Source: Eledone cirrhosa
Taxonomy: Eukaryota
Length of the DNA stretch: 64,000 nt
Reading direction: 5' to 3'
Assembly (NCBI GenBank): GCA_964016885.1
Contig: OZ024748.1
Span: 31,558,001-31,622,000, forward strand
Shown in pieces: positions 1-14,610 of the stretch. The translations under genes were made by a program, and so were the position numbers. The notes under the pieces were generated by a model. It worked only from the letters and a program-made list of their open reading frames with translations, was not told the origin of the DNA and did no database searches. Position 1 is the first letter of the stretch, and every line of letters begins with the position of its first letter.

Positions 1-746
<746 letters not shown>

Positions 747-748
<2 letters not shown>

Positions 749-1026
749 GGCTGCTCAGCCGTTAATTTTCATAAGGAAAGTATATACTTTCGAACGTTCA
801 ACTATCTGGCAGATGGGTAAACGGTGCTGATGATAGCTAACAAGCTTGAAACTAGTACATCGTTCCTGTGTCAGTGTTGAACAAAAAGGTGACGTGGTTG
901 CCTTAACACCGTATGGCATAAATTCAGGCTGTTCGCTTCGTTGACAAACAAACGAACAAAGCGGCCGGCGTTATAATAAACGTAGGCTAAACTGATGCGT
1001 GCATATATGTATGTATACCTGTATGC

Positions 1027-1064
<38 letters not shown>

Positions 1065-1112
1065 ATATATATATATATGTGCATGCTACTGTACGTCTGT
1101 ATACATATATGT

Positions 1113-1117
<5 letters not shown>
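747..1117 (+). mobile_element. Retrozyme-like family H, partial monomer
   Basis: Matches the 5' part of the tandem unit at 1809-3750; contains the HHR at 821-863. Confidence 0.85.
821..863 (+). ncRNA. Type-I hammerhead ribozyme, family H (copies 1883-1925, 2388-2430, 2886-2928, 3424-3466, 11537-11579 on +; 10997-11039 on -)
   Basis: ACGGUG-CUGAUGA-U-AGCU-AACA-AGCU-U-GAAAC-UA-GUA^CAUCGU; palindromic ACUAGU at stem III. Confidence 0.88.
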
Positions 1118-1524
<407 letters not shown>

Positions 1525-1537
1525 ATATATTTATATG

Positions 1538-1626
<89 letters not shown>

Positions 1627-1694
1627 GTATATATATATGTATATATATATAAGTATATATATATATATAGTATATATATATGTATATATATATG

Positions 1695-1745
<51 letters not shown>

Positions 1746-1750
1746 GTATA

Positions 1751-1808
<58 letters not shown>

Positions 1809-1810
<2 letters not shown>

Positions 1811-2088
1811 GGCTGCTCAGCCGTTAATTTTCATAAGGAAAGTATATACTTTCGAACGTTCAACTATCTGGCAGATGGGTAAACGGTGCTGATGATAGCT
1901 AACAAGCTTGAAACTAGTACATCGTTCCTGTGTCAGTGTTGAACAAAAAGGTGACGTGGTTGCCTTAACACCGTATGGCATAAATTCAGGCTGTTCGCTT
2001 TGTTGACAAACAAACGAACAAAGCGGCCGGCGTTATAATAAACGTAGGCTAAACTGATGCGTGCATATATGTATGTATACCTGTATGC

Positions 2089-2132
<44 letters not shown>

Positions 2133-2593
2133 ATATATATATATATCTGCATGCTACTGTACGTCTGTATACATATATGTATGTACGTATACATACATAC
2201 TTACATTTAAGTAAGTGCCATACTAAGAGTGAGAAATGAAATTTCGTTTTCATTTTTTTTCAACTAATCGTTTTCGGTATGCCTGACCGATTTAACTCAC
2301 TCAATATGCAAATTAGGCTGCTCAGCCGTTAATTTTCATAAGGAAAGTATATACTTTCGAACGTTCAACTATCTGGCAGATGGGTAAACGGTGCTGATGA
2401 TAGCTAACAAGCTTGAAACTAGTACATCCTTCCTGTGTCAGTGTTGAACAAAAAGGTGACGTGGTTGCCTTAACACCGTATGGCATAAATTCAGGCTGTT
2501 CGCTTTGTTGACAAACAAACGAACAAAGCGGCCGGCGTTATAATAAACGTAGGCTAAACTGATGCGTGCATATATGTATGTGTACCTGTATGC

Positions 2594-2625
<32 letters not shown>

Positions 2626-3091
2626 GTGTATATATATATATATGTGCATGCTACTGTACGTCTGTATACATATATGTATGTACGTATACATACATACTTA
2701 CATTTAAGTAAGTGCCATACTAAGAGTGAGAAATGAAATTTCGTTTTCATTTTTTTTTCAACTAATCGTTTTCGGTATGCCTGACCGATTTAACTCACTC
2801 AATATGCAAATTAGGCTGCTCAGCCGTTAATTTTCATAAGGAAAGTATATACTTTCGAACGTTCAACTATCTGGCAGATGGGTAAACGGTGCTGATGATA
2901 GCTAACAAGCTTGAAACTAGTACATCGTTCCTGTGTCAGTGTTGAACAAAAAGGTGATGTGGTTGCCTTAACACCGTATGGCATAAATTCAGGCTGTTCG
3001 CTTTGTTGACAAACAAACGAACAAAGCGGCCGGCGTTATAATAAACGTATTCTAAACTGATGCGTGCATATATGTATGTGTACCTGTATGC

Positions 3092-3184
<93 letters not shown>

Positions 3185-3629
3185 CATGCTACTGTACGTC
3201 TGTATACATATATGTATGTACGTATACATACATACTTACATTTAAGTAAGTGCCATACTAAGAGTGAGAAATGAAATTTCGTTTTCATTTTTTTTTCAAC
3301 TAATCGTTTTCGGTATGCCTGACCGATTTAACTCACTCAATATGCAAATTAGGCTGCTCAGCCGTTAATTTTCATAAGGAAAGTATATACTTTCGAACGT
3401 TCAACTATCTGGCAGATGGGTAAACGGTGCTGATGATAGCTAACAAGCTTGAAACTAGTACATCGTTCCTGTGTCAGTGTTGAACAAAAAGGTGACGTGG
3501 TTGCCTTTACACCGTATGGCATAAATTCAGGCTGTTCGCTTTGTTGACAAACAAACGAACAAAGCGGCCGGCGTTATAATAAAAGTAGGCTAAACTGATG
3601 CGTGCATATATGTATGTGTACCTGTATGC

Positions 3630-3677
<48 letters not shown>

Positions 3678-3750
3678 ATATATATATATATATGTGCATG
3701 CTACTGTACGTCTGTATACATATATGTATGTACGTATACATACATACTTA
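1809..3750 (+). repeat. Head-to-tail array of non-coding ~500-bp HHR units (family H, about 3.8 units)
   Basis: TAGGCTGCTCAGCC recurs at 1809, 2314, 2812, 3350; the period varies mainly through an internal (TA)n. Confidence 0.92.
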
Positions 3751-3766
3751 TATATATATATATATC

Positions 3767-3981
<215 letters not shown>

Positions 3982-4030
3982 GTATATATATATATACGTA
4001 TACATACATACTTATATATATATATATATC

Positions 4031-4165
<135 letters not shown>

Positions 4166-5398
4166 GTATAGCGGCGATGAATTAGTTTTGCGAGGTTTTT
4201 TATATGAAATCGTGTGTCGAAACAGATATTGTTATATTTGGGGAGGGTCATATTTGCGTAATATTGCCAGAATTAATAACAGAACACACTCACTGTTTGG
4301 TTGGTTTTCGCTTCTCGCTGTCTTTTATATATATATATCTGCGATCTAACTTACTCGGTCCTCAATGTTGCCATTGACTGACCGGCGGTCAAAAATAATA
4401 CAGATACAATATAGACAAACACATATATATATAGTTTACATAAATCTTTCGTTGCACATCTGCAACATCGTCAGTGGTGTTATATTCATTGTTCCTCCTG
4501 TTGTGTTGTATGTCTACGCCATTTTTTTTTTTTTGTTCAGTCCGTCTATATATTTATTTATTTATTTGCTTGTTTGTTTATCTTATTTTATTTTGTCTTC
4601 TTTGCGCATGCGTTTGCGTGTGTGATGTGTGACTAGTGTGTATAGTGTTGTGTCTGCTGGGTGACTAGTGTGTGTTTATGTGCTTGTGTATGTATTTATT
4701 TATCTTATTTTATTTAATTTAATTTACTTATTTATTTATACTTCTCTTAGGTCAGTGTTGTTTGTTTGGGTGTTGTTGTTGTTCCACTCATTCTTTCTGT
4801 TTAGCTTTGGTCTTCTAATTTCTATTTCACTGGCCTCTCTGATTTGCCTATCTGCTGGGTCATTCCTATGTTTAGATATTATTCTAATTTCTATGTTGTC
4901 TATGTCACCGTCATGATGTTGTCTAGCATGTTCGTATAGTACTGACCCGTTTTTTCGTCCTTTTAGTTCCCCCCAGTGTTGGTCTATCCTTTCACCTATG
5001 CTACGAGCTGTCTCACCTATGTATGTTGTTGTCGTGTTTCTGCAAGTACCCTCTGTACATCTTATGCTATAGACTACGTTTCTAGTTTTACAGTTTATCC
5101 GGTTTTATCCGGTTTTATCTAGTTTTACAGTTTATCTAGTTTTACAGTTTATCCGATGTTGCAGATGTGCAACGAAAGATTTATGTAAACTATATATATA
5201 TGTGTTTGTCTATATTGTATCTGTATTATTTTTGACCGCCGGTCAGTCAATGGCAACATTGAGGACCGAGTAAGTTAGATCGCAGATATATATATATAAA
5301 AGACAGCGAGAAGCGAAAACCAACCAAACAGTGAGTGTGTTCTGTTATTAATTCTGGCAATATTACGCAAATATGACCCTCCCCAAATATAACAATAT
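4166..5398 (-). mobile_element. PLE subfamily A2: 3' fragment (GIY-YIG remnant + pLTR, minus, 4166-5100) with an inverted pLTR copy (plus, about 5154-5398)
   Basis: Minus strand reads CKTRNVVYSIRC...YIGETARSIGER; tail encodes [15 protein letters not shown] as in family A; 4225-4470 is the reverse complement of 5154-5398. Confidence 0.85.
4439..4476 (-). ncRNA. Hammerhead-like motif, family A2
   Basis: CUGACGA-U-GUUGCA-GAUG-UGCAAC-GAAA-GAUU-UA; core and stem II clear, stem I weak. Confidence 0.6.
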
Positions 5399-5403
5399 AT
5401 ATG

Positions 5404-5526
<123 letters not shown>

Positions 5527-5591
5527 TCTTTTACCTGTTTTAGCCACCCGGCTGAGGCCATGCTGGGGAACCGCCCTTGTTGCTACACATT

Positions 5592-8500
5592 TTATCTCCA
5601 GCCTGTATAGGATGGCCACTGGTGTAAGAGGGAGTTTGTTGCTGCAGCTCTTACCTTTCCCTCGTGTCTTGCTGTGGGCTCATCCGGGATCCTGGATAAC
5701 AAGGTGTCGAGATGTTTCTTGAAGACATCCACCTTCACGTCATGCAAATCTCTCAGATCCCTCGGCAGCCTGTTGAAGAGTTGAGGGCCCTTGAATCCCA
5801 GTCTATTGCAATACCTGCTCCTTATTCTAGATGTGGAAGACGGGACCTTTGGCACCACACAATGACGTCCTGTTCGACGGTTGGTCCAGCTCCCAATGCC
5901 AAAGTGTGGTGCTAGTCCCTCCAGGATTTTCCACATGTAGATCACTGCGTATCTCTCCCGTCTTCGCTCCAAGGAATAGAGGTTCAGTTCCTTTAGCCTC
6001 TCCCAGTAGCTTGTCTCCCTCATCTTGGCAATCCTCTTGGTGTAGCTTCGCTGGATTGCCTCAAACTCCGTGGTTAGTTTGACACTATGGGGTGACCACA
6101 ACTGGGAGCAGTTGTCCAGGCGGCTTAGGACAAATGTCCTCCATAGTGTCAACATGGTGTCTCGATCTCTTGTCCGGAAAGTCCTCAAGATCCAGCCAGC
6201 GAGTCGTCTGCACATTGTCGCCACTTTCATGATGTGTGAAGAAAAAGATGCATCATCGCTAATGTCTATGCCCAGGTCTCGTATCGATTTTAACACGGGG
6301 ATATCGGTCGGTCCTGATCCTGTGTTGTTGTGTTCCACTATATTTGTGTTTGCAGGTTTGTTTGGAGGTTTCTATTGTAGGGCTTGGAATTTGCCAGCAT
6401 TAAACTGCATGTTGTTTTCTTCCGCCCATTTGTATATGGCATCCAGATCCTGCTGTAAAAGAGCAGCGCCAGCCGGGTTTTTGATTGCCTGTGCTACCTT
6501 AGTGTCATCAGCATAGCTAGTGAGGTATGTTGTCGTATGTACTACAGAGGGCATGTCTGAGAGAGCCACCAAAAACAGTAGTGGTCCCAGGACTGTCCCC
6601 TGAGGCACCCCACTTGTTATTGGTGTTTGCTTTGAGAGGGTCCCATTTGATGCGACTGCCTGGCTTCTGTCCCTTAGGAAGCCATGCAGCCACTCACCTA
6701 CTTTTCCAGTTATGCCGAGTCCATATCATTCCGTGGGCGACCTTGTCAAAGGCCTTCGCAAAGTCAAGATATATCACGTCCGCATGTGAGCTGTCTAGTA
6801 GTTGTCTCAGTACCCAGTCGTAGTGATGTAGCAGCTGTGTAAGGCAGCTTCTTCCTGGGTGGAAGCCATGTTGCATGCTAGTCAGGCGGTATTTTTCCTC
6901 GAGGAAAGTGATCAGTTTCTTTCTGATGACTCGCTCCATGACCTTACTGATATGCGACGTCAGGGAGACTGGCCTATAGTCTTTGGCCTCCGCTCTGCTA
7001 CATCCTTTATGGATAGGGCATATTATGCCTTCTTTCAGCTCCCTGGGTAGTACACCGCTAGCCAAGGAGCTTCTGAAGAGCATCTTCAGTGGAGTTGCTA
7101 AGGCCCGCTTACATATTTTTAAGAGAACTGCTGCGAATCCATCAGGTCCAGCAGCCGAGTCTGTTCTAATTTCATCAATGGCGTACACCACATCCTCCTC
7201 CGTTATGTCTATGTGGTTGATGGTTGCCATTTCTTCATGTAGTGTTGTGGCACCAAAGAACTCCTCTGGCTTCGTTATTTGCATGTGCCTCAGTGGAAAT
7301 GTGAACACACTTTTGTACTGTTCGTTCAGTATTTCACATATCTCTTGGGGGTTTTCGGTTGATGAACCGTCCGTATGGAAGAGTGGCCCAATCTTGCAGT
7401 TTACTGTGCCAGTTTCTTTTGCAAATTTAAAGAAGGCTTTAGGGTTTGTTTTAATGTTTTCTATGGCCCGATTCTCTTTCTTTGCCCTCTCATTCTCATG
7501 GGAAAGCTTGAGTGCAATCTCGGTGCCAAGTAATGCACATTTCAAATAGGATTCCTTCTTGTTTTTGTTTTGTTGACTATTCAACTGGTTTGAGAGTTTA
7601 GTTCTACGTCTCATAAGGATTTTCCTATCTCTGGGAATAAAATTTTTGAGTCTGTTTGCCTTGTTCTCCGGGACCAACTTTTTGCATATAGTGTGTATCG
7701 TTGTCATGAAGTGTTGAAATTGTGTGTTTGTGTCTTGTGTGGCGGTGTTTTCACTCCATGATTGCTTCCGGATTTCTCTCTTAATCTTTTTCCAGTTAGC
7801 CTTGTAGAAGTTAAGGCTGGATAACGTCCCGGAGCTTCTTAGTGGTTTTGTCTCTGTTGGTTCTCTTGGACCACATATCATTAGCTCTACTAAGTTATGA
7901 TCCGAGAGAATTGTTGGTGTCACCTTTACATTGTGGATGAACACTTCGTTGTTTGTAAAACAGAGGTCCAGGACATTTTCGCCTCTTGTTGGAAGGAGTA
8001 TTGCATGGACAGCCTGTGTGTGAGGGCCAGCAGGGATTCCGTCTGTCTCTGTTCTATTGACGTCATTCCAGGGAGGAGGTGGCCCTCAGGCCATTTGACC
8101 TTTGGTAGGTTGAAGTCTCCCAGCAGTAGAATGTTGAGACCCTGGTCCAGTTTGTCAAGGACCTCTTCTATCCTACTTAGGCTATCCTCAAATTTACCCT
8201 CATGACTGGGGCATCGGGCGGCCGATATGTGACACATATTACTGTCTGTAGTTGCTTCATATGTACTGAGTTTGAATGTGTCAACAGTACAATTGGTGTG
8301 ACATCTTCACGGATATACAGAGCAACCCCACCATGAGTTCTCTCCTTCCTGTCCGAACGAAATACAGTATATTTCGGTATATGTATTTCTGCATCTGCTA
8401 TACTACTTGTCAGGTGCGTTTCGGTTAGTGCCATGCATAGTGCTTGATTGCTTATGGCTAAGTCTCCCAGGTAGGAAATTTTACTCATGTTACTGAGTTT

Positions 8501-8716
8501 CACCAGGCCTCTGGCATTCAGCAGCAGCACTGGTGTGACTTTTGGAGTGCCAGTAATGGCTGTCGGTATGACACCTGGTCTGGTGACAGCGGCGGCCACT
8601 CTGGGTCCTTTAATTGTGGTGGTCTCGAGTGCTGGTGTGGATGTGGATAACCCTGGCTCTGGAGACGATGCAGCCAGGTCAGCTGTCCCACAATCTTCTC
8701 TGCCATTACTAAAAAA
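5592..8716 (-). pseudogene. LINE ORF2 (APE endonuclease + reverse transcriptase), frameshifted
   Basis: Motifs [62 protein letters not shown] across ORFs 8177-8599, 7926-8237, 6694-7944, 6372-6608, 5592-6338. Confidence 0.93.
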
Positions 8717-9458
8717 ATGTTCTGCTCTGCTGCTGCCATCTGTATCTCGTCGGCATGTGCGTGCCTTCTCCTTGTTGGTGCGGCACGCGCGACATCAGCA
8801 TACTTCTGGAGCGGCTTATTTCGGCTTTGGCTGGGGCATGTTGCGCGAGTAAGATGGGCATAGTTCGTTTGAGACCTAGGGTGGGCGAATCTGCATCCCA
8901 TCCCTGTCTCTCCATGACAGCATGTCCCGTTCTTGAAAAACTTGCACATTACTTGGGTTTTTTGGCTCCCAGTGTCTCGGTGCTTTCTGTTCTTCCTTTG
9001 AACAGTTGTCCACTGGTCCCTCTGCGCTTGGTTCTCCTTCGGAAGGTGATTTCGCTTTTCACCTTTGCCCTTTGCTTGTTGGTTGCCCGGCCTGCCCTCC
9101 CTGCCTGTGGCGGAGGGTATATCATTTTCTTTCAGGTCCGTGTTTGTGCTCTCCTCCTTTTCTTTTTCCTTTTCCTTCTCTTTCTCCTCATCCCTCTCTT
9201 CGGTTTTCTCCTCCCTGAGGACACGGCTTAGCATCGCCATATGTGGCGCTATGAGGACATACGCCTTCTCAATTTCTTTTCTCTTTCTCTCTATCTGTGC
9301 CAGGGTCCTCAGAAACCCATGGCTTTTCAGGTTCTCCGCCATCTTTTTGCTTGGTGGAGACCCATCAGCCATGGTCCACCCCTTGATCAAAACCTCTAGT
9401 TCCATCTTTGACCAGTTTCACTGACTCCTAATTTCACCTTTTTCCTGTATGCAGCCAT
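8518..9458 (-). pseudogene. LINE ORF1 with CCCH-type zinc finger (probable frameshift near the start)
   Basis: ORF 8518-9405 contains CKFFKNGTCCHGETGMGCRFAH; an upstream ATG at 9458 is in another frame. Confidence 0.75.
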
Positions 9459-10459
9459 TGCGCTGTGGAGGGGAGAAAGAGAGACAGTGGGAAGTGTAGG
9501 GTAGAGGTTAGAGAGGGACAGAGGGAGGGAGGGAGATATAAGTCCAGTGAGATATTGAAGGAGCGATCTAGAGGAAAAAAGAGAGAGAGCTTGTGCGATC
9601 CAGAGAGAGAGAAAAAGAAACAGAAGAAAAGGGGAGAGAGACAGAAGAGAGGAGCGAGAGAGATAGCGGGAAGAGTGGGGGGAAAGGTCAGAGAGAGAGG
9701 AGACAGATATGTCCGGTGAGAAATTCAAGGTGCGCTTTAGAGAGAGAAAGAGAGGGGGAGAGAGAGAGAGCTCGTGGATCTAGAGAGAGAGAGAAAGGAA
9801 GGAGAGAGATATAGAGACAGCGTCAGAAATAGCAGTTCATGAAATAAGAATAATAAATTTTAAATTAAATGAATGAATGGAAGAAACCGAATGAAAGAAA
9901 CCGAAAATGTTAAAGATATAGAAACACGATGTAAGTTGTATATAAGTTGAATTTAAATGTTTGTTTACAAATATAAATAACGGGAAACGTATAGATTGAC
10001 CATAGTTATTGTAATATCAATATATAAAAACAAGAAACAACAAACACACAAGCTCACCGAGTCAAAAACAAATAAAATTATATTAAATTATGTTACTCAG
10101 AAAAATCAAAATAATACAAGATCTACTTAAGTTAAATTAAAATTAGATTACGTACTCTGTATGGTAGTCAAGAAAAATAGAAAGCACGTGTGTGTGTTGT
10201 CTCCTATGAGGGTATCACACGGTGAAAATAAACATGTTTAAAACGCTAATATATGTAAAATATACTTCAAAATAATTGCGTCAAAGCTCAAAAACTTATC
10301 TTTTTTGTATGTTTTCCGTGTCTTCTGAAAAACTAAAGCCATACATAATTCCGATCACTGTCGATTTAAAATATTAAAATTTCAAATCTGAACGTTCAAC
10401 AATTCACGTCCTATACCAACAAGTTGCCAAGCCTATATATCTGTATATATATGTATATA

Positions 10460-10578
<119 letters not shown>

Positions 10579-10587
10579 GTATATATG

Positions 10588-10694
<107 letters not shown>

Positions 10695-10744
10695 GTATAT
10701 ATATATATATGTATATATATGTATATATATATGTATATATATAT

Positions 10745-11883
<1,139 letters not shown>

Positions 11884-12073
11884 GTATATATATATGTATA
11901 TATATATATATATGTGTGTGTATATATATATATATATGTGAATATATATATATATATATATGTGTATATATATATATATGTGTATATATATATATATATA
12001 TATGTGTGTATATATATAAATATATATGTGTATATATATGTGTATATATATATATATATGTGTATATATATAT

Positions 12074-12116
<43 letters not shown>

Positions 12117-12233
12117 AGTGTATATATATATATATGTGTATATATATATATATGTGTATATATATATGTGTGTATATATATATATATATGTGTGTGTATA
12201 TATATATATATATATGTGTATATATATATATAA

Positions 12234-12333
<100 letters not shown>

Positions 12334-12341
12334 ATATATAT

Positions 12342-12748
12342 ATCAAAGAAGAGAAATAGGACGAAGGTAAACAATTACAAAAGAATTTAATCCACGTAAT
12401 AACAATTGTTTCATCAGAATTTCAGTCCATTATTGCTACACTATGTTAAAATAGGCAATCAAGAAAGATACTGTGGCATCCGAATTTTCAAAATACAAAG
12501 TTGATTGCCTATTTTAATATAGTGTAGCAATAATGGACTGAAATTCTGACGAAACAATTGTTATTACGTGGATTAAATTCTTTTGTAATTGTTTACCTTC
12601 GTCCTATATCTCTTCTTTGATTACACTCCTCGTTTGTTCGTGTTTCCACTACAGAATCCCTACCAACCTGTCGAGTCACCTTAACGTATGTTGAGAACTT
12701 TCCTCACAACTTGTTCTACCAAGCTTTGGAATACTCCTAATAACTGAA
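12342..12748. repeat. Fold-back insertion: 121-bp inverted arms (12342-12462 / 12501-12621) plus a tail into (TA)n
   Basis: Reverse-complement match with about 3 mismatches, 38-nt spacer. Confidence 0.9.
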
Positions 12749-12766
12749 TATATATATATATATATA

Positions 12767-12819
<53 letters not shown>

Positions 12820-12902
12820 ATATATATATGTGTATATATAGATATATATGTGTATATATAGATATATATGTGTATATATATATATATGTGTATATATATA
12901 TA

Positions 12903-13003
<101 letters not shown>

Positions 13004-13018
13004 GTGTGTGTGTGTATA

Positions 13019-14281
13019 TAAAGGTGATGCACTAGATAGAGGAAATTATAGAGGTATGAAGTTGATGGACCAGGTCATGAAAGTAACAGAAAGAGTTATA
13101 GCACAGTTGATTAGGGACCGGGTGAAAATAGACGAGATGCAATTTGGGTTTGTACCAGGAAGAGGCACCACTGATGCCCTCTTCCTTGTGAGGCAATTAC
13201 AGGAAAAGTACCTAGCTAAAAGTAAGCCACTCTACTTGGCATTTGTCGACCTTGAGAAAGCCTTTGACAGAGTTCCACGTGCTGTAATCTGGTGGGCTCT
13301 TAGAAAACTAGGAGTAGATGAATGGCTTGTGAAAGCGGTCCAAGCCATGTATAGGGGAGCAGTCAGCAAAGTTAGGATTAGCAATGAGTATAGCGATGAA
13401 TTTAGCGTACAGGTTGGGGTCCACCAGGGCTCTGTTCTTAGCCCCCTCCTGTTCATCATAGTCCTGCAGGCAATAACGGAGGAGTTTAAGATCGGATGCC
13501 CATGGGAACTCCTGTATGCTGATGACCTCGCACTCATAGCTGAATCTATGGTAGAACTAGAGAATAAATTCCAACCTTGGAAGCAGGGACTAGAAAGAAA
13601 GGGTCTCAAAGTCAACATGACAAAGACTAAGGTCCTTGTAAGTAGACGAGAAAACAGAACCCAGATCCCCTCAGGGAAATGGCCTTGCTCAGTATGTAGG
13701 AAAGGTGTAGGTAGGAACTCCATTCTCTGCCCCAAATGCAAACAATGGGTACACAAGAGATGTAGCGGGATCTCAGGAAGCCTACATTTTTAATTAAGCT
13801 TCTCAGGAAGCTTAATTAAGAATGTAGGATTCACATGCAGCAGCTGTGCTGAAACAGCAAGCAAACAGCCACAGGAAACAAGTACCACCAATCTCTGGGA
13901 GGGCTCTGTAGAAACAGTAGACAGCTTCTGCTACCTAGGTGACCGAATTAGCAGCGGAGGTGTACATGGGTACAAGCTGAAGCATATAGACAATATGCCC
14001 CCACACCCCCCGCCGCAAGGTGGTCGTGGAGGTGCCACGGCAAAAAAGCACCCAGCCCACACTGTAAAGTGGACGTGTAGGCACCACGAAAAAGCACCCA
14101 GCACTAACTGTAAATGAGGTTGGTGTTAGGAAGGGCATCCAGCTGTAGAAATCAAGCCAGATCAGTTCCTGTATGAGCAAGGCATGGTCAGCCGACCAGA
14201 CACTGCCCACAACAGGACAACCCGTCTAACGCATGCTACCATGGAAGAACGGACGTAAAACTGTGATGATGATGATGATGA
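13019..14281 (+). mobile_element. 5'-truncated, internally deleted RTE-clade LINE
   Basis: [56 protein letters not shown]-like CSVC..CPKC..WVHKRC; (GAT)n tail. Confidence 0.9.
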
Positions 14282-14338
14282 TATATATATAGACACACAT
14301 ATATATATATATACACACATACATATACACACACACAT

Positions 14339-14372
<34 letters not shown>

Positions 14373-14484
14373 ATATATATACATATACGCATACATATAT
14401 ACACATATATATATACACATATATATATATACACATATACACACATACATATACACACACACACACACACACATACATACACAC

Positions 14485-14565
<81 letters not shown>

Positions 14566-14610
14566 TACACATACATACACACACATATACACATATATAC
14601 ATATATATAT

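Noticed and set aside
9830-10433. Possible DNA-transposon end (TAGGCTTGGCAAC on minus) or an extension of the LINE 5' UTR
   Set aside because: No partner TIR, TSD or HHR found; left unassigned
12530-12570. Complete hammerhead in the 12342-12621 fold-back
   Set aside because: Only the GAAAC-AATT-GTT half is present; no properly placed CUGANGA with stem II
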